64,000 nt of DNA from Eremomyces bilateralis CBS 781.70 (taxonomy: Eukaryota): the NCBI GenBank assembly GCA_010015585.1, contig ML975153.1; one strand, given 5' to 3'. A model generated the notes under the pieces. That model was not told the DNA's origin. It made no database searches and saw only the letters and a program-made list of their open reading frames with translations. Positions 1-12,874 of the stretch are shown here, one piece after another. The translations under genes and the position numbers were made by a program. Numbering within the stretch: the stretch's first letter is position 1; each line of letters opens with the position of its first letter.

Positions 1-915
1 CCCGCATCATACTTCATCATCAACCCGATCCCCCATAAGCATGCGTGGCAATGGCGACCCGTCTTGCACCGCGGAGACAACCCCAAATATACCGCGGATA
101 CATTGGCCATCGCAAGGATGACGCGATCTGCGATGTGGGGCTCGTTTTGCCTATGGATGGGCGACGGTGTTGATACGATCGTGAAGAATAAGAAGCGGAG
201 AAGGGCGAAACGCAAGGCACGGCGGGCGGAGAAATGGCGAAAGTTCTGGCACATGAAGCCAAAGCCGCCGAAGGAGCCTTTACAGGACGAGATGGAGGTT
301 GTGGGGAAGGTGTGCAAGATTCACGTGCGGAGAGCTGGGTTTTGGAGCCGGCGAGTGGAATGGGAGTTTGATGGTGTGCGATATCAGTGGTCTGGAACAC
401 GCACATTGTCGAAGAATAAGCTGAAAGGGTGGACTCATGATGTTAAGGTATTAGATACTCATCCCGTCGCTGGAGTCATATCTGGTGGAAGGATGTTCGC
501 TGATCACGATGTTGCACAGTTGATCCGAAAATCCGATCACGCTCTGATCGCTACCTTGAAGAAAGATCGATGGTCAACTTTCCGATCCTCCGAAAAGATC
601 GGACAACCGCCAAATAAGAAACGAGCTTATGTCGGGCAACTATGCATATATCCGGCCGCCTATGAGCAGAGCACCATCCCCGACCAGACCAAGGAATCCA
701 CCCTTGCGAAACATACAGCGAAAATCGACGGAGCCGTGTCCGGCAAAAAGAAGAATCACCATGACGATATCGAGATCCCCGACGGACCGCACGCTGGCAA
801 TATGCTCGAAGAGCTGATCGTGCTGACGGCCTGGATTGTTATCGAGGCGGAACATCGCCTGAGATGGAAGATCGTAGATCTGATTGAAGAGATTGGGGAG
901 AGCGCGGGCGGCTAA
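1..915 (+). CDS. Fungal hypothetical protein, 5'-partial
   Basis: Frame is open from position 1 (PASYFIINPIPHKHAWQWRPVLHRGDNPKY...) to TAA at 915. Probable in-frame 72-nt intron 448-519 (GTATTA...GCTGAT...CACAG). Confidence 0.75.
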   Translation, partial: PASYFIINPIPHKHAWQWRPVLHRGDNPKYTADTLAIARMTRSAMWGSFCLWMGDGVDTIVKNKKRRRAKRKARRAEKWRKFWHMKPKPPKEPLQDEMEVVGKVCKIHVRRAGFWSRRVEWEFDGVRYQWSGTRTLSKNKLKGWTHDVKVLDTHPVAGVISGGRMFADHDVAQLIRKSDHALIATLKKDRWSTFRSSEKIGQPPNKKRAYVGQLCIYPAAYEQSTIPDQTKESTLAKHTAKIDGAVSGKKKNHHDDIEIPDGPHAGNMLEELIVLTAWIVIEAEHRLRWKIVDLIEEIGESAGG

Positions 916-1698
916 TGGAACTCCTGTCTTCAGATAATATCCTTCGCAGCAGTGAAAGGGTCAGCGCATACTACTACCTATCAATCGTTTCCCTTGGGCC
1001 GCTTAATTCGTTCAAATGGATGAAACCCGAGCTCTTATAGTGCCACAATGTGCGACCATCATGATATTGCGCTTCATCTGTCGCGTTTCTCATCCATTGG
1101 TCGCAACTCATACCTTGCCTGTACTGGACCGACCTAAGGGCCATGCTAGGACGTCAAAGTGACGTTCGCTTTTCTTTAACATTTCTCGGTTCAGTACAAT
1201 CCCGTCTACCAAGTTTTGATCATAAGTATTTCGATTCGCTCGTCAAGTTCAAGTTTGCGACCTGTTTTCTCACGCCCAATGATTGGTTTTTGAGGGCTAG
1301 TTTCGTTCCATTCTACGGTTATTGTATATCTTTAATTCGTCCATAATGTGCCATTCCTGCAAGAGTATCTACTATGTATTGTTTCTATTTTATGTTCTTG
1401 GAGGGGTTCTGAAGGCATCGTTGGTACATTTACAGTACGGCCCCAAACTTGACAGTGGAGGCACGACATCATCCCACCCCACAAAAGCCCTGCCAGGGAA
1501 GAGGTGGAAATGTTCACCATCGTCTGATATATGATTCTACATCTTGCAGCGACCACGATAGCTCTTGTGCGAAGACGTCCATTGACTTCTGACCTGCCTC
1601 TCTTTGGCATTTCCTTCTCTCAGCGACCATCGAATGACAATGTCTTCAGCGCTCGGTTCTGCGGACACAGTCCTTGTGTATATGCGTTTTGATACATC

Positions 1699-2949
1699 AT
1701 GGAAGTTCCGAGGATCTCCGAGGATCTTCCACCCGGCGCATCGAAGCTTTCAGAGCAGCGATCGTTAGTGATCGCGACCACAGTTATAGCCGTAGTGTTC
1801 ATCGTGTTGCGGTTGTGGGCACACGCTCGACCGGCATGGATTATTTGGTGGGACGATGTGCTTGTTGCCGCCTCGCTGGTATGAATCCCCGGTCCAACGA
1901 TGTTGCTCTACGGATCAAACTAAACCAGCATGCACAGCCTGTCATGATCACATTGTGCGTTACAGGAGTACTCAGCTTCGAATATGGAAGCGGAACTCGC
2001 ACCAACTACCTTACAGTGGACCAATTCGTCAAGGCTACCAAGCTCCAGGTGATTAGTACGTGGCTTTGGATTTGGACGATTTCTTTCCTAAGAATGTCTA
2101 TCGCCTTCACGATACTACGGGTGAAAAACACCGGCTGGTGGCGCGTTGGGCTGTATGGAGTCATCCTCTTTCAACTGGCGCTGGCACTGGCAAACATCTT
2201 CTGGGACATTGGCCATTGCAAACCCCTAGAGAGTCTTTGGGATCCACGCATCACGGGAAAACCCTGTCTCACTGGGAATATGGCGTTCAGAAAGATCGCG
2301 ACTTTTTCCTGTAAGTCTTGGGATTTCACCCGGACCCATCACACTGCTACGACTCTAGACGCTGATTTGGCTTTCAGCTATCCATGTCGTCCTTGACATC
2401 GGGCTTTCCCTTATACCTATCATATTTATCCGCAAAATCCATCGAGGACGCTACGAAAAGTCCTTGCTTGGTTGCCTAATGGGCTTAGGACTGATCACGT
2501 CAGCGTTTGCCATCACAAAACTTGTCGTCGCAAGTTATGCAGAGGATGCCGAAGATACCAAGTTTGAGGAATATAAATGGGCAATCTGGACATGGCTGGA
2601 GATGATGATGACAACCATCGCGGCCTGTTCTCCCTTCCTCAAACCGCCAGTCGAACGCTTGTTACGCAAATGGGATTTGATCTCCACTCCTGATCATGAG
2701 ACTGCGGAGGGGATCGCGTCCCAGGTGCAGCAGGCGCAGCAACAGAATCAGCAAGGCGAAACCGGAGATGTCGAACAAGGCCGCACCGAGCCAAACATGG
2801 CGGGGACGGCAACAAGAGAAACCGAGCCGACTGAAGGTTCCGAAACTCGGGAGAGTTGGGGGAGTGGGAAGAGTCGCCAACCGCTACTGGGTCGTTCCGA
2901 GGGCCGTTTTCCGTCGAACGAAATGATCAATGAAAAAATAGAGCCGTAA
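1699..2949 (+). CDS. PTH11-like / rhodopsin-domain integral membrane protein
   Basis: Motifs VLRLWAH..WWDD, RMSIAFTILR, CKPLESLWDP, LMGLGLITSAFAITK, WTWLE..IAACSPFLKP. Two introns near 1879-1938 and 2312-2377 join the ORF pieces. Confidence 0.85.
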
Positions 2950-3486
2950 GGCTTATATGAGGTGGCATTTATAGAGGTATTGATCAGAGCGGGTACCCGG
3001 ATTCATTGTACTCCATATTGTCTGAATATGTTTACGAGCGGCTCCAGGCGGGTTGTGTATTTATCTTCTTCATGGCAGTTGATGGTTCGTTTGTCTCGAT
3101 AGCAATAAGCCGGAATAGCGAAAATATATTGATATTCTCATCGCCGTTGTCCCTTGTGTTCTCTACTGTACTTGGGTATGATCTAGATAGCTGTATCAAA
3201 TAAATCTATCAATTGATGAGCATTTGGCTATGTGGGATACAATACCTGAAAGGATCCGTAAGTCACCATTGAACATGACGTCGCTGCGTTGCCTGGAGCC
3301 TATGGTCGCCCAGAAATTTCTTTCACCTACAGCCACAGGCAATCCTATCATCACACGCAGTTTCTGACTAGGAGAATTGCACTGATCAGATTGAACATCT
3401 CTCTTGAGTCCTGACGAGTCCACATAAGGGATGGTAGCTGCCATGTTCGCAGATTGTTATTGAAATATCTGAAGAACTAATGCGCT

Positions 3487-4869
3487 ATGCCAGTGCTTCT
3501 TGCAGCACAAGTCCTCTTCCAGGGGCTCGCATCTATTCCCTATGCATACACAATACTTAAGGCTGCAATATGCCTTACAATCTTATATTATGTGAAGGTG
3601 TTCTTTGGCGGTGCAAAGACGCTCTCGGAGCGAGTGATGCATTCCAAAGTAGTCATGGTGACAGTATGTAACTTCTATCCCATTAGCGGTGAGATCCATT
3701 GGACATGTCAGCTAACATCAATCTCGCAATAGGGTGGAACATCAGGGGTTGGGGCAGCTGTCGTAAGAGATCTGGCTTCACGTGGCGCGCAAATTGTTCT
3801 CCTTACCCAGCAACCGCTGACGGACCCGTTCCTCGTGGACTATATCATGGACCTTCGGATCCGGACTGGCAACGAGCTCATCACTGCGGAGTATATGGAT
3901 CTCGCAGATCTACACAGCATCCGCATCTTCGCGACGAAGTGGATCGACAATACGCCTCCCCGACGATTGGACATGGTCATATTGTGCGGGAATACTTTGA
4001 CGCCAGGAGGATCAAAGATTGAGGCTACAGAGGACGGGGTCGAGATAAACTGGGGGGTAAACTATCTGGCGAACTTCCAGTTGCTGAACATCCTCAGTCC
4101 GGCTCTACGTGCGCAACCTCCGGATCGGGACGTCCGCGTCATCATCGGTGCATGCAGTTCATACATGGGCGGGCGATTGCCTGGAATATCTTACGATGAC
4201 AAGAATACCACAGCTGGCGAGAAGGGCCGAGAGTCAAAGGACACTTCCAAACCAGAGTTATCGAATGCCGGAGCATTCTATGGTACTTCAAAATTGGCCT
4301 TGATGACCTTCGCTTGTGCATATCAAAAGCATCTAGAAGATACTCCTCGCCCAGACAAAAAACCTCTCAATACACGGGTACTGATGGTAGATCCGGGATG
4401 GACGCGGTCACCTGGCATGAGGCGATTCCTCACCAGAGGTACGCTTTGGGGGCTGGGTCTATACTTGGTCACCTATCCTCTATGGTGGCTATTCCTCAAA
4501 AGCACGGAGGAAGGTGCTCAGACATTCTTACACGCTGCCATGGAAGCGGAGTACAGCCTTGAGAAAGGAGGAAAACTGTTGAAGGAATGCCGCGAGGTTC
4601 CAATTGCACGCCCGGAGGTTCTTGATGAAGAAGTCCAAAAGGCCCTGTGGAAAGCCAGCAAAATGACCGTACAGCAACTAGAAAAAGAGGCTGCATCAAG
4701 ACGAGCAAAGGCCAAGCCATCCGGCAATGGAAAGGCGGCGAAACCCACACTGGCTAAGGTTGAGGAGCTGCCCGATGATGCGCCTGCTGAGGCTTCCTCG
4801 AATACGACCAGGTCATCCACATCGGCGAAGAAGACAGGATCGCGTCGAAGTCGCAAAGTGGCGGCCTGA
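3487..4869 (+). CDS. Short-chain dehydrogenase/reductase (resembles yeast YNL181W/Pbr1-type)
   Basis: N-terminal hydrophobic segment. TGGTSGVG Rossmann motif formed across intron 3665-3732. Also VNYLANF and catalytic YGTSK (YxxxK). Confidence 0.85.
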
Positions 4870-5855
4870 TCGAACCGTCGCTGACTCCATTCTGAAGTTG
4901 TGCGGAAGTCGTTCGCAATGGCTAATGCGGCTTTCGAGACGGGCCATATGTACCTATTCCAAGTTTACCGTATGAACTTGACCATTCTGGCGATGTCGAG
5001 GCTCGAAGATGTCGTAGCGACATTACATCGACGGCGAAGACCCAACCTATCTCTTTCACAGGCCACAGATGTGTCAGGGTCACACCACATGCCGATTGTC
5101 TGGTGAATATCTCATGCTATCTTGTTGGATTGGGAGCCTAGGACGATGGATAAGAACTAAGATTCTTACTTTCGGGTAAAGTACCAGGACAATTCATCGT
5201 CGTCCTTAATATGGAGGCCCGGTGGTATCTATCGTTTTTCCCTTGTACAGTACGAGCAAGGTCGTGTCAACGACGGTAAACCTGCCCGGCTACATTTTCT
5301 CCAGAGGCACGGTCCTCCTGGCAATCAGTTCAGCAGCTGGCTGTCCAGGGTGCGGTATCGATTTCATGAACGCTGCCAGGGGCCTCCAAGTTTCATCGAA
5401 TTCAAGCCAATGAGCGAACCCTGGAATCCCAAATTCGTGGGTGCTGGGTTGGACTCTTCAATTTCTCACGGAGATCGGCTACAAAAAGTCATTTTGTTCC
5501 GAACGGCGAATATACCGACCGCAAAGCACAGCCTGTGACTGGCCAGGACGGATCAATGGTCTCTATTAGCTAGATCGCCGCCTTATTGAACCGACTCAGT
5601 CGCGTTCTTGATATGCGGCTAAGCGAAGCTATATGTTAGCTACATGCAAACGAACTTAAATTTACCATCACGCTCCTTCGGGTCTCGACTCGTCTGGAGC
5701 ATCATCGACTCGTGAAGCGATCACTTAAGTACCTCAGTTGTCGTCACCGGTGGTCCGTCACCGGGGAAGACTTCTCTCTCTAGCATTGCCCGTTCTGTCG
5801 CGTTCTTTGCCATTTTCCTTGCCCTGTGACGCCCGCAGTGTCCGCCTCCTCGAGA

Positions 5856-7464
5856 ATGAAGCTCAACAATTTAATATGGGCGGCTATTGCCGCAGCCCTT
5901 AGTGTACAAAGCACACCAACACCGGAGTTCAACACGATAGAAGCACGTCTCGATGAGGCAGCACGGATTGGAATTAGGCTGAACCTAACTCAGGCATGCA
6001 CCCGCTTGCAGCAGCAGTTCAGCACGCGATTGTACCTGCCTGGGTCCGCGGTTTATGACTACGAAACTACCACCCGTAAGGCAACTCAATTTCTGGATGT
6101 TTTCAACTGGTCTGATGTCTGATCTAGGATATTGGACTGCCGTGGATTATTCCACCCCAGCCTGCGTTTTTGTCCCGAAAGAACCGTCCGAAATTAGCCT
6201 ATTCGTTCAGGTTGTGCGTCTGTTGAATGTCAAGTTCGCCATCCGTGGTGGTGGACACATGCCCATCCCCCTTTACAACAATGCGGATTCGAACGGCATC
6301 CTGTTGTCCACTTCCAACCTCACGACACTAAGCATCTCTTCGGATAAAAACACGCTGAGCGTTGGACCTGGTCGGCGTTGGCGAGAGGTTGCTGATTATC
6401 TGGCGTCATATGGAAAGGCCGCGGTCGGTGGACGAGTTGGCAAGGTGGGAGTTCCTGGATTGATTCTCGGAGGCGGCATTTCGTTCTATTCGAGCCAATA
6501 CGGCTGGGGATCGGACAGTGTTGTGAAGTTCCAGTGCGTGCTCGCGAGCGGTCAATTGATCGAGGCGACGGCGACCAACAACTATTCCGACTTGTTCTGG
6601 GCTCTGAAGGCCGGTGGCAACTCGTTCTGCCTGGTCACCCGCTTTGATATCAAAGTTTATAATTCTCCTTCGGTTTGGGTTGGCATTGCGCAATACGATG
6701 CCAGCAATCGGGAAGAGTACCTCAACGCCGTGTATACCTTTGGGGCATTTGGATCGCAGGATCCAAAGTCTGCTATCGTACCTACCATCATCATGGCGCC
6801 AGCGGCCGGCCTCACTCTCTACGCAGCAACGAAGTTTTACGATTCGCCGACCCTCAGTCCCACCGTGTTCCAGAACTTCACGGCTCCAGTTCTGACACCA
6901 CTAATCGACACCATCACATATCAGCCTCTCAACGACTACCTTGCGCAAACGGATCCGCTGCAGCCCGACGCTTTGCGCCAGAAGTTCCGGACGCTCACCT
7001 TCGTCGTCAACAAAGACGCCGTTACATACATCCACGACACGTTCACGACCAGAATAAACGAGCTGGCCGCCATTCCCGGCGTTGGGGCCAGTATGACCTT
7101 CCAGCCGATCACGAAGAACATGCTCCAAGCAGGCGCCAATTCTGGGGGCAATCCGATAGGTCTGGACGCCAACAACGGGCCATACTTCGCGGTGGTGCTG
7201 AATTGGAACTGGCTGAATGCTGCCGACGATGCTGCTGTCTCTACATTTGCGAGTGGGATCACAGCGCAGCTCGAAGCCGGATTGCAGTCCCGTGGGGTTT
7301 CTGTCGGGTTCCGGTACCTGAACGATGCAGACAAGGACCAGCTCGTCTTCCAGAACTACGGAGCAGCCAATCTGGCGAAGTTAAAGTCAGTCAGGTCCAA
7401 ATATGACTCGGCAAGAGTATTCACCGACCTGATGCCAGGTGGTTGGAAGGTCGCTGCCGCGTGA
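5856..7464 (+). CDS. Secreted FAD-binding oxidoreductase (VAO/BBE-like)
   Basis: Signal peptide MKLNNLIWAAIAAAL. RGGGH covalent-FAD motif, VGVPGLILGGG, DLFWALKAGG, YLNDA, LKSVRSKYD. Intron about 6077-6128. Confidence 0.9.
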
Positions 7465-9843
7465 GTAGGGTTTATATACAAAAATATCTGTACATATATA
7501 GGATGATCGGCTTTACCGTGTAATATTTAATGTATCTCATCCCGCTTACTACTTGATCCCTGCCACTAATTGGATCTGCAATGATTGAGTGGCCATTCCC
7601 CCAAGATCTATTTTGGTTCGCTTCGACACCGATTGAGAGGGATGGCCTCCTGGTCCTCAATCTCCCCATGGAAAAGATCATAAGGGGTGGACAGGCACCA
7701 TGCAGCAGGCGCTGGAGCGAACTACAGCTTCACCACATCCATCTTCTTCTAATTCCAGGATTCGAACGGAATACTCCGTACGGATATATTAAATGTACCA
7801 TACATCGATCATGCTCGGCGTAAGTCCAAGTCCATATTCCATTGGTCGATCCGATGCCCCGCGGTGGAGTTCTCCACCCTCAGCGCGACTAATAAGATAA
7901 TGGGCTTTTGCCAACCAGAACTGTTGGAACCTGGAACGGCCCGATAACCCACAATGACGAACCGACGATCGCTGGCGGGACCGTCCACCAGTCGGGCCTC
8001 CTAGGGGGAATCCAATTCGCACTTCAAAGCTCAATCTCTTCCTCTCAATTCTCAACATCCACGGAATCTTTTTTCCTGTACGGTGCTTCCAGATTGTATT
8101 GAGTTCCAAACTTCCAGTCTTTCAGACAATAGATTTGGTCGGATTTCATAAGGTACCTACCAATGGTATCCCATTCCAAAGCTTAACTTCTCCTCGGCGC
8201 AAATTTCTGTCACTTTCCCTTGTCGCGTCAGCCACCAGCAATCACGGGGATGAACGATGCCCAATAGCGACCAAGTGCGGCGCTACCTTTTCGAACTACG
8301 TACCAAACTCTTTTAAATTACCCTGCAACACCTCCATGTTTGAGGAGAAAGAGTCGCCCGCGGCGCTTTGTATGCAGTCTGTGCAGCGGCCTGTGTGAAC
8401 TTGCATCTTGGCCCTTGAGCCATTACTACAGTATAGGCGAAGAATCTCGGTGAGCTGGTCCGCGAGGCTAGACCATGCATGACTTATTCTTATTTCCCAC
8501 TTTCCCAGATGGTGCTCGAACATCCAAGGATCCTGATTTGACCCCGAATTTCCAATTGAGCAGAATGCGATGTGGCTGGATAGATTCCGGTCATCAGATG
8601 CCATTGCGGGTTGTTTCGCCTAGGTAGTGGGTACTTACTCCGACGCTACAGCCTGGGTATCACAGCTCATCGGCTGATTCTACTCATTCTAGACCTTCCA
8701 GCTTTCTGCATCTCAGCTAGATTACGGGTTTTCTAACTTCTATCCAACCCGGACTTAAAGACAAACTAACAAAGCAATTGTCAATACGAGCCTACTTCCT
8801 AGTACATCATACCCAGAAACCAGCAGACAGTCGAACGCAGTACGGAACTCGGTACTCGGTACTTCCGTTATTCTGCGTGCTTGCTACCCTACTCAGGTCC
8901 GTACTTCACTAGTTACCTGGTATGTATGCTCTGGGTGGCTGGACACATCAACCTCTCGGCCTTACCCCCGCTGTTCTCCAGTCTTGACTCCTCACTTCGT
9001 CGCTCTGTTCATCACCAAGTCTGTTCTGACAATCTGCACGCAATGCGTGGAATTTATTTCATACCCTGCTAGGGCGGCTTGTTATACAACGGTTTCAATA
9101 TTGACAGATCCAAGAGGACGGATGTTCCCTGCAATTCCTTTGGCCGGCGGAGAATTACATCGTCTAGTGAATCCACTCCTTGGGAAGTAAGTTAGTTCGA
9201 AGAAACATCCATCTTCGAACCATTTCCGACTCTGCCTTCATTTTTCACCAATGTCACTATTACCAGAGACCTGGCAGCCAGAGCCGGATTCCCGACTTGG
9301 TGGCATGTGGCCACCATCAACTTCTCGAAGCCTCATGGATGTCCTAAGTTCCCAGGGGGCGTGCCGCTGAATATGCACCAGAGTACCAGACCCTTCGATA
9401 GGCACGGACTAAGTATGCAGCTGTGTAATACGGATAGATGGCTGCTATTAGCATCTAGGGCATCTGGTTTTCTCCCCATGCTGACCTTCACGACTGGTCC
9501 CCCGGTCGGCGGAATCAGCCACTGGCAGAACCATAAGTTATCTCCCTTGCGATAATGCGGAAGATCACTCCAGTGTTCCGGTCTCACTGATGACAGTGCC
9601 GGCATTTTGGTAGGTCCAGGGACAGAGTTATGTCAGATGCCCTTGCCTAGCGATTTACCACTCGTATGCACTGCACCCCACGGTTTGCATTCACATAAAT
9701 CGCAAAATCTCCTCCCGCCACCTAAGTCACCCATGTCCTTAATCCTCCCAAGTCTCCTTCATTATATATGTTCGTACAGAGCTGGTATTTAGTGCCTTGG
9801 TTCTCAGGATCGGAGAAATCCTTCTTGGAAGCTCCTCTTGATC

Positions 9844-11750
9844 ATGACTGTGCGCCTTAATATATTGAAGTTCCGCTGCATAGAGCCCTTGTTGCTCTAG
9901 CCAACCGCCCTCCGCAACATTGGAACCTTTCTCCCCACTCTCGTTGATGACGTAGAATTGGATTTCGAGAGCTGGACTCCAGTTTTCGAGTTCCCTAGGG
10001 AGTCCCATCTATCGAATCCTTACAAAGTCGCTATTTGGTCGACCCAGCCATGGCGGTATTGGTGCTTCAATATACAGATCTCTGTGTTGGTGCCCTCTCC
10101 ATTCTTACATATGTCGCAGCGCATCCTGACAGCAACGGAACAGATTCTGATATGGATCATGTGGGGAGCAAGTTTCACCCTGACTCTAGCCCGAGGAATC
10201 ACACGATGGCAGCGGCATAAGAAGTTTGGGGCGGACGATTACTGCGCTTTCATCGCGCTTCTTTGCCTCACGGGTCTTACCGCTGTGATTACGAGAATGA
10301 TGCCGCAATTCTATCTTGCGGGAGAGTTCCTCACAAAGCTCCTGAACAATCCCGCGGACGCTGCTGGAGTTGATATGGGTCAGATGATGGCCGACACTTC
10401 GACGTCCCTGAAGCTCATGTTCAGGCAAGTTGCCGCCATTTCGCAGTGAGGAACGTTTGCTAACCTGTTTGCAGCCAAATGATGCTCTTCTTTTCCGCGC
10501 TGTTCCTCGGTATTGGTTCTTCATTTCTTTGCTCCCTAACAACAAATTCTCAAGAGTGGAGGTTGGGGCTGCGACAACCTCCCTGAAAGTCACTGCCTCT
10601 CCTCAAAAACACCTCAAGCTAACAGACCTCAAGCCAAGCTCTCCCTATTGTTCTTTTTCCGACGCCTCATTATAGGATTGCCTCAATACCTGCGTGTTTG
10701 GTGGGCCATATTCACCATTGTCGTGCTACTGTACATCGGGTGTCTTTTGTCGAATCTTCTGGCGTGCAGACCATTGTCAAAGTACTGGACTGGGTGTAAG
10801 TAGCTTACAACTACCTTTATCAGTGCCATTGAAGAGACTGACATGAGAAGTTGGTTGCTCGGATCCTGATGAGCTACGCGCGTCCGACCAATCGATTCGA
10901 TTTGCAACAGGAGCGGATATCGCCACGGATGGTCTCAGTATGTGAAAACTAATCGCAACCAAGTGTCAGCCGCTAATCTTTTTCAGTAATGGTTCTTCCA
11001 CTCCGCCTTTTACGTAGCCTCAGTATCAATGCTCGACAAAAAATGGGGCTTGGTCTCATGTTTAGCATTGGATTCATTATCATTGCCTTTGCCATCGCAC
11101 GCCTGATCATGGTCACTCAGGCAACCTCCGACGCGTCTGGTAACATGGCTGCTGTTGCGAACAGCCCGAGTCTTCTAAGCACCTGGTCGCATGTCGAAGC
11201 AGCTGTTGCAGTCATCGTTTCAAATCTTCCAGCATTCCGGTTCCTACTTTCTCAAGCCGCAGGACGACGGAAGGCATCGCATGAACCATACGTGGATGCC
11301 AACAGCCCGTACAATCGGGGTTATCGACGAGGTACTCCCGGGGGCAATTCTGGGAGCAAGAAACAGCATGGAGGCAGCGGTCGCAACGGTGGCTCAAATA
11401 ACGGATCCGCTGGCCGCAATATATCGAGTGGGAGACGGTCTGGGAGTACGACATTAGCAACTATGGAAGGCGGTGAATATGGAAGCACCAATGAGTTGCA
11501 TCGCCTCGACGTCATCAAAAAGCACGTGGATTATACTGTCTCGGAGCAGGTCATTGACCCCGAGCCAGATAAAGGGAAAGGGGGAAGAAGGCAAGGGAAC
11601 ATCAGTGGCAACGACACGATTGAAAGTTTCAGGAGAGGCCACGATGGAACGTTGTATTACCCCCGCCACGATCCGGTTCCGCAAGATCCAGAGGATCGAG
11701 CGACAGCTGCTAAAGGGGGCAGCAATAAACGAGGCTTCGAGTTTGTTTGA
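9844..11750 (+). CDS. PTH11-like / rhodopsin-domain integral membrane protein (start uncertain)
   Basis: Spliced exons give ARGITRW..FGADDY, AKLSLLFFFRRL, ACRPLSKYW, TDGLIMVLPL, MFSIGFIIIAFAIARL, WSHVEAAVAVIVSNLP. About 6 introns. Confidence 0.85.
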
Positions 11751-12874
11751 TTAGGCTTCGGTGTTGGTGATTGTACCTGTGTGAGCGTTCATTTTGCTAA
11801 AAGATACGATGTCATGGAAGTGATGAATGGGATGGACGCCATTTACGCTGCGCTGGATTATCCATGCCATGGTCGTGAATAGTCCTTTGATACCTGTGTG
11901 CATATAGTCCCAACTACTTTACCTCGGGACGAGCTTGTCATCTTGCGATAGCCACAAAGAATTCAGATGTCATCCCATTCTGACTTACATATACTTCTCC
12001 AGTCTACTAATCTTTGCCTGAAAATCCCACTTAGCCTTGCGACCTATTATTTTTTAGTATCAGTACGAAACGACTTCAATTATCAAAAGAGAAGATACCA
12101 CTCCCGCCTAAGCCACCAGAAAGAGGGCTTTTACATGGTCAGCACGCCCTATTTCTGATATGTACACCATATTCTTTTTCCATTCATGCTTCCATAAGTA
12201 GCATGACTACTTAGCAGTTAGGGGTTCTGGGCCTCTAGTGCTTTAACTTTGATATGTTTGTGGTTATTGCATTAGAGCGTGGTCCTCTCCAACATACTTC
12301 ATCCCTGTTGACCGTTTGAGGTTCATCGAACGCCATTTCGTACAGATCTCTGTGTTGTTTAAGAATCAAGCCGCCTGCTTATATTAATCTTTTTCGCTAG
12401 GGCTAGACACGAAAAAGGATTAACTATGGCTAGTTATTCGTATTCAACTAAATTTTGGGATGTTTTACTGTAGTTAATGCAAATATTTATTAGTACGAAT
12501 ATTAATACGCGGAAATTCTAAATTTTTAGTCCTATTCGACTACGAATATTCGTGTTCACACCGAGTTCACTTTTCATTTCGTCTATTTAAGGTTTATTGG
12601 ACGATTTGAGATCGCCATGTCGCCAATTTGAAGATCCAAAATGAGATGAGGACGAATTCGGACCGGACACCAAACATTCGTTTCGGCCCCTCTGCATTCC
12701 ACGGACGGTCATCCCCGAACCCCTGAACGGCCCGAATCTATCTGCATCGCCATGTAAGTTTGCACATCCATAGCTCATAAGACCTCGGCCCCCGAGTGGG
12801 GAAGTCTGAAGATATGTGGGAGCCAAATCTGCCCCACCGTCGCATCTCCATCTCCACACCTGCAATCTGATGCC

